From Zymomonas mobilis subsp. mobilis ATCC 10988 (GTDB lineage: Bacteria; Pseudomonadota; Alphaproteobacteria; Sphingomonadales; Sphingomonadaceae), in NCBI RefSeq assembly GCF_000175255.2, contig NC_017262.1, positions 300,001 through 332,000 of the forward strand: a DNA stretch of 32,000 bases, read 5' to 3'. The position numbers and the translations under genes were made by a program. How positions within the stretch are numbered: position 1 is the stretch's first letter; every line of letters starts with the position of its first letter. This document shows, piece after piece, positions 28,460 to 32,000 of this stretch. Under the pieces are notes generated by a model, which was given only the letters and a program-made list of their open reading frames with translations, made no database searches and was not told the origin of the DNA.

Positions 28460-30481
28460 TTAAGCCGCCTTATTGTTGCACTTGGCCGCGATCAGTTCTG
28501 CATCGCATTTGGGGCAGAATTTATGCTCGCCTTCCAGATAGCCATGTTTCGGGCAAATCGAGAAAGTCGGCGTGATCGTGATATAAGGCAGTCTGAAATT
28601 CTCCAGCGCGCGGCGCACCAGCTTTTTACAAGCCTCGGCATCCGACATCCGTGAACCCATATAAAGGTGAAGCACCGTGCCGCCGGTATATTTGCTCTGC
28701 AAAATTTCCTGACGCTGCAAGGCTTCAAAAGGATCATCCGTGAAATCAACCGGAAGCTGACTGGAATTGGTATAATAGGGGTTCGTTTCGCTACCGGCCT
28801 GCAACATGTCGGGGAAACGCTTTTTATCTTCGCGCGCGAAACGATAGGTCGCCCCTTCGGCAGGCGTGGCTTCCAGATTATAAAGATGGCCAGTTTCTTC
28901 TTGGAAAGAAACGATTTTAGCGCGGATATGGTCGAGGAAGCGAACCGCAAAGGTTGCACCCCATTCGCTCGTAATATCCTCTTTATCCTCGGTAAAATTA
29001 CGGATCATCTCATTGACGCCGTTAATGCCCAAGGTCGAGAAATGATTCCGCAAAGTGCCAAGATAACGCTTGGTATAGGGGAACAGACCGTTATCAATAT
29101 GCTTCTGGATAACTTTCCGTTTAATTTCGAGACTGGTGCGGCCAATATTCAGCATCGTATCAAGACGATCGAACAGACCTTTTTCATTCCCGCGATACAT
29201 CCGACCAAGGCGGGCGCAGTTGATCGTTACAACCCCCAAAGAACCCGTCTGTTCAGCACTTCCAAAAAGACCATTACCGCGTTTTAACAGTTCGGTCAGA
29301 TCAAGCTGAAGGCGACAACACATGGAACGCACCATATGCGGCTTCAAATCGGAATTCAGGAAGTTCTGGAAATAAGGCAGCCCATATTTAGCCGTCATTT
29401 CAAAAAGACGGGTAGCGTTTTCGCTTTCCCAAGGAAATTCCGGCGTAATATTATAGGTCGGAATCGGGAAGGTAAAGACGCGACCTTTGGCATCGCCCTC
29501 GGTCATGACTTCCATATAAGCACGGTTAATCATGTCCATTTCAGGCTGAAGATCGCCATAGGTAAAGGGCATATCTTCGCCGCCGATCACTGGAATCTGG
29601 TCTTTCAAATCGTCTGGGCAAGTCCAGTCAAAAGTCAGATTGGTAAAGGGCGTCTGGGTGCCCCAACGGGATGGCACATTCAGATTATAGATCAATTCCT
29701 GAATATACTGACGAACCTGCTTATAACTTAAGCCATCTTTTCTGATGAAAGCGGCCATATAGGTGTCAAAGGAACTGAAAGCCTGCGCCCCTGCCCATTC
29801 ATTCTGCAAAGTGCCAAGAAAATTGACAATCTGGCCAATGGCGCTCGACATATGTTTCGGCGGGCGGGCTTCTACTTTACCCGGAACACCATTTAAACCT
29901 TCGGTTAAAAGCGTTCTTAAAGACCAACCGGCACAATAACCGGACAGCATATCTAAATCATGAATATGAAGATCACCGGCACGATGGGCTTCACCGACTT
30001 CCGGCGGATAAATATGGGACAACCAGTAATTGGCAACCACTTTACCGGACACATTCAGAATAAGACCGCCCAAAGAATAACCTTGGTTGGCATTGGCATT
30101 CACGCGCCAATCGGCCTGTTCCAAATATTCATTGATCGAGGATTCAACCTTGACGATAGTTTCCTGATCTTTGCGAGATTTTGATCTTTGTTCACGATAG
30201 ACAATATAAGCACGCGCTGTGGCAAAATAGTCGGAAGAGACTAAAACCTGCTCAACAATATCCTGAATCTGTTCGATTTCTGGTGCGTGATCAGCAAAGC
30301 GATGCAGGATCACTTTCTGCGCCTGTTTCGCTAAGCGAGCGGCTTCGGCATGATCGAACTCACCACTAGCAGCGCCCGCTTTTTCAATCGCAATTCTGAT
30401 CTTGTCGTTATCAAACAGAACTTTATTGCCATTCCGTTTGATAACAAAAGCTGGGAAAGTCGGTGCTGCACGAGCCATCAA
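28460..30481 (-). CDS. nrdD: Anaerobic ribonucleoside-triphosphate reductase, main polypeptide (ATP-cone + catalytic body, ends at zinc ribbon)
   Basis: N-terminal ATP-cone FVIKRNGNKVLFDNDKIRIAIEKA; VTINCARLGRMYRGN; C-terminal CPKHGYLEGEHKFCPKCD without a glycyl-radical RVxGY segment. Confidence 0.93.
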   Translation of the reverse strand: MMARAAPTFPAFVIKRNGNKVLFDNDKIRIAIEKAGAASGEFDHAEAARLAKQAQKVILHRFADHAPEIEQIQDIVEQVLVSSDYFATARAYIVYREQRSKSRKDQETIVKVESSINEYLEQADWRVNANANQGYSLGGLILNVSGKVVANYWLSHIYPPEVGEAHRAGDLHIHDLDMLSGYCAGWSLRTLLTEGLNGVPGKVEARPPKHMSSAIGQIVNFLGTLQNEWAGAQAFSSFDTYMAAFIRKDGLSYKQVRQYIQELIYNLNVPSRWGTQTPFTNLTFDWTCPDDLKDQIPVIGGEDMPFTYGDLQPEMDMINRAYMEVMTEGDAKGRVFTFPIPTYNITPEFPWESENATRLFEMTAKYGLPYFQNFLNSDLKPHMVRSMCCRLQLDLTELLKRGNGLFGSAEQTGSLGVVTINCARLGRMYRGNEKGLFDRLDTMLNIGRTSLEIKRKVIQKHIDNGLFPYTKRYLGTLRNHFSTLGINGVNEMIRNFTEDKEDITSEWGATFAVRFLDHIRAKIVSFQEETGHLYNLEATPAEGATYRFAREDKKRFPDMLQAGSETNPYYTNSSQLPVDFTDDPFEALQRQEILQSKYTGGTVLHLYMGSRMSDAEACKKLVRRALENFRLPYITITPTFSICPKHGYLEGEHKFCPKCDAELIAAKCNNKAA

Positions 30482-30575
30482 TATACCCTCAATTTATCCG
30501 ATAAAATCACAGCAAAAACGGTCGTTTTTTCCTAAAAAAGGCTAAATATCGCCTATGGCTACAGAAAGATTGTAA

Positions 30576-30622
30576 CCATATATGCTGTGTGATTCTGATT
30601 TGGTGATTACTAAATGTTGTAT
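30576..30622 (-). promoter_or_regulatory. Candidate NrdR-box pair upstream of nrdD
   Basis: CCATATATGCTGTGT (30576-30590) and TACTAAATGTTGTAT (30608-30622), each 11/15 to CACTAKATATWGTGT, offset 32 bp. Confidence 0.5.
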
Positions 30623-30681
30623 AAAGCTCTAAATCAACCGAGTATTTTTCGTCAAGCAAAGAGATGGTATTGACAAAAAAG

Positions 30682-30703
30682 AATGCGCCAAAATAGGCGC
30701 ATT
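30682..30703 (-). terminator. Terminator downstream of queC
   Basis: AATGCGCC AAAATA GGCGCATT; T-run (TCTTTTTTGTC) follows on the minus strand. Confidence 0.8.
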
Positions 30704-30826
30704 CGATCTTATGAAAAAAAACGCTTGTCTTTGAATAACAACTTTTTCAAAAAACTCTGTAGGAACGCATAACAGGATGGCACCATCCTTGCTATTTTAA
30801 CAAGAGCCTTACAGAAAAACGGGTTA

Positions 30827-31591
30827 TCAAGAACGGCTTTTCTGATAGCTTTCCCATCCGGCAGCGCGCAATTCACAAGCTGGACAATGACCGCAACCAT
30901 AGCCCCAATCGTGAAGAATTTCTCGCTCACCTAAATAGCAACTGTGGCTTTCCTGCCGAATAATTTCGACCAGCTCTTTACCACCGACTTCTTCGGCCAT
31001 CTGCCAAGTCGAAGCCTTATCAAGCCACATCAACGGCGTATGCAGCACCAACCGCCTTTCGAGACCGAGATTGATCGCTACCTGTAAAGCCTTAATCGTA
31101 TCATCACGACAGTCAGGATAACCGGAATAATCCGTCTCGCACATGCCGCCAACAATATGGCGCAGGCCACGCCGATAAGCGATCGTCGCTGCAAAAGTAA
31201 AGAAGAGCAGATTCCGACCGGGAACAAAACTATTCGGGATTCCGTCTTCACCAAAGGCAATCTCGGTTTCTCGCGTCAAAGCGCAGTCGCTCACCTGATG
31301 AAGCACAGCCAGATCAAGCATATGGTCTTCACCGAGATGGGCTGCCCAATCAGGAAAATTCTGAATCAGCTTTTGTTTCAGATTCTCACGACATTCCAGT
31401 TCGATTTTATGCCGCTGTCCATAATCAAAGCCGATAGTTTCTACCCGATCAAAATGCTCCAAAGCCCAAGCGAGACAGGTCGCGGAATCCTGACCACCGG
31501 AATAAAGAACCAGACATCCTTCATTACTGACTCCTTGACGAATATCGCTCGTAAAAGAAGGCACTGATTTCTTAGTCTGATTCGCAGTCAT
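30827..31591 (-). CDS. queC: 7-cyano-7-deazaguanine synthase
   Basis: [77 protein letters not shown]. Confidence 0.95.
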   Translation of the reverse strand: MTANQTKKSVPSFTSDIRQGVSNEGCLVLYSGGQDSATCLAWALEHFDRVETIGFDYGQRHKIELECRENLKQKLIQNFPDWAAHLGEDHMLDLAVLHQVSDCALTRETEIAFGEDGIPNSFVPGRNLLFFTFAATIAYRRGLRHIVGGMCETDYSGYPDCRDDTIKALQVAINLGLERRLVLHTPLMWLDKASTWQMAEEVGGKELVEIIRQESHSCYLGEREILHDWGYGCGHCPACELRAAGWESYQKSRS

Positions 31592-31642
31592 GTATAAACT
31601 TCCTCGAAGGCTTCAATATTCCGGTAAACAAGGCTCAAGCGG

Positions 31643-32000
31643 TCAGGCTTTTTTGCGTTGCTCGGCAATCTGGCGCCATATTTTTATAAATTGGTCAATA
31701 TCGGATTCAGTTGTTTCTCGGCCAAAACTGACTCGGATCACTTCCTGTGCTTCCTTATCTCCCCAACCCATCGCTTTTAAAACTGGACTGGATTTCAGGC
31801 TGCCTGAAGAGCAAGCGCTACCGGCTGATATTGAGATACCGGCCATATCGAACAGAATAAGCTGGGTTTTCGCTACCATATCCGGCATCCGGTAAGATGC
31901 AATAGTGGGTATCCGCTCCGATTGATAGGCGACTACTTCGCCACCAGAAGCGATAATAGCCTGATCGAGTTTTTCTCGCAAAGTGGCTGCTTTTTCAAAC
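31643..32000 (-). CDS. Cysteine desulfurase (NifS/IscS-like), C-terminal part; 5' end beyond window
   Basis: FDMAGISISAGSACSSGSLKSSPVLKAMG motif with catalytic Cys loop; reading frame open to window edge. Confidence 0.88.
   Translation of the reverse strand, partial: FEKAATLREKLDQAIIASGGEVVAYQSERIPTIASYRMPDMVAKTQLILFDMAGISISAGSACSSGSLKSSPVLKAMGWGDKEAQEVIRVSFGRETTESDIDQFIKIWRQIAEQRKKA

Noticed and set aside
28492-29731. Three ORFs of 131-206 aa overlapping nrdD (28492..28959 minus, 28667..29287 plus, 29336..29731 plus)
   Set aside because: Fully contained in the well-supported nrdD coding region.

Overview
This 32 kb alphaproteobacterial window (gene content and style suggest Zymomonas/sphingomonad; inference only) is mostly core genome. 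In order: parC(-); a scar of an integrative element fused to DUF2274 coding sequence, followed by an AT-rich gene with a HEPN-like RX4H motif; purC(-); pstSCAB(-) divergent from a porin behind an 11-bp-periodic Pho-box-like array; mscL(-); a lemA/TPM-domain pair; NUDIX hydrolase; tRNA-Arg(TCT)(-); a large TonB-dependent receptor(-); solitary nrdA(+); tRNA-Thr(GGT); argG(-); an EF-hand protein; cfa(-); rlmN(-); a two-gene ABC exporter(-); nrdD / separate small glycyl-radical ORF / nrdG(-); queC(-); and a partial cysteine desulfurase(-). The most notable observations are: (1) the junction of an integrase 5' end with DUF2274 at about 2574-2836; (2) the adjacent HEPN-like orphan gene, a candidate defence or toxin gene; (3) the NrdD glycyl-radical motif carried on its own small ORF; (4) NrdR-box-like pairs with 31/32-bp phasing upstream of both nrdA and nrdD; (5) the phased Pho-box-like array. 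I found no CRISPR array and no convincing large novel multi-gene system.
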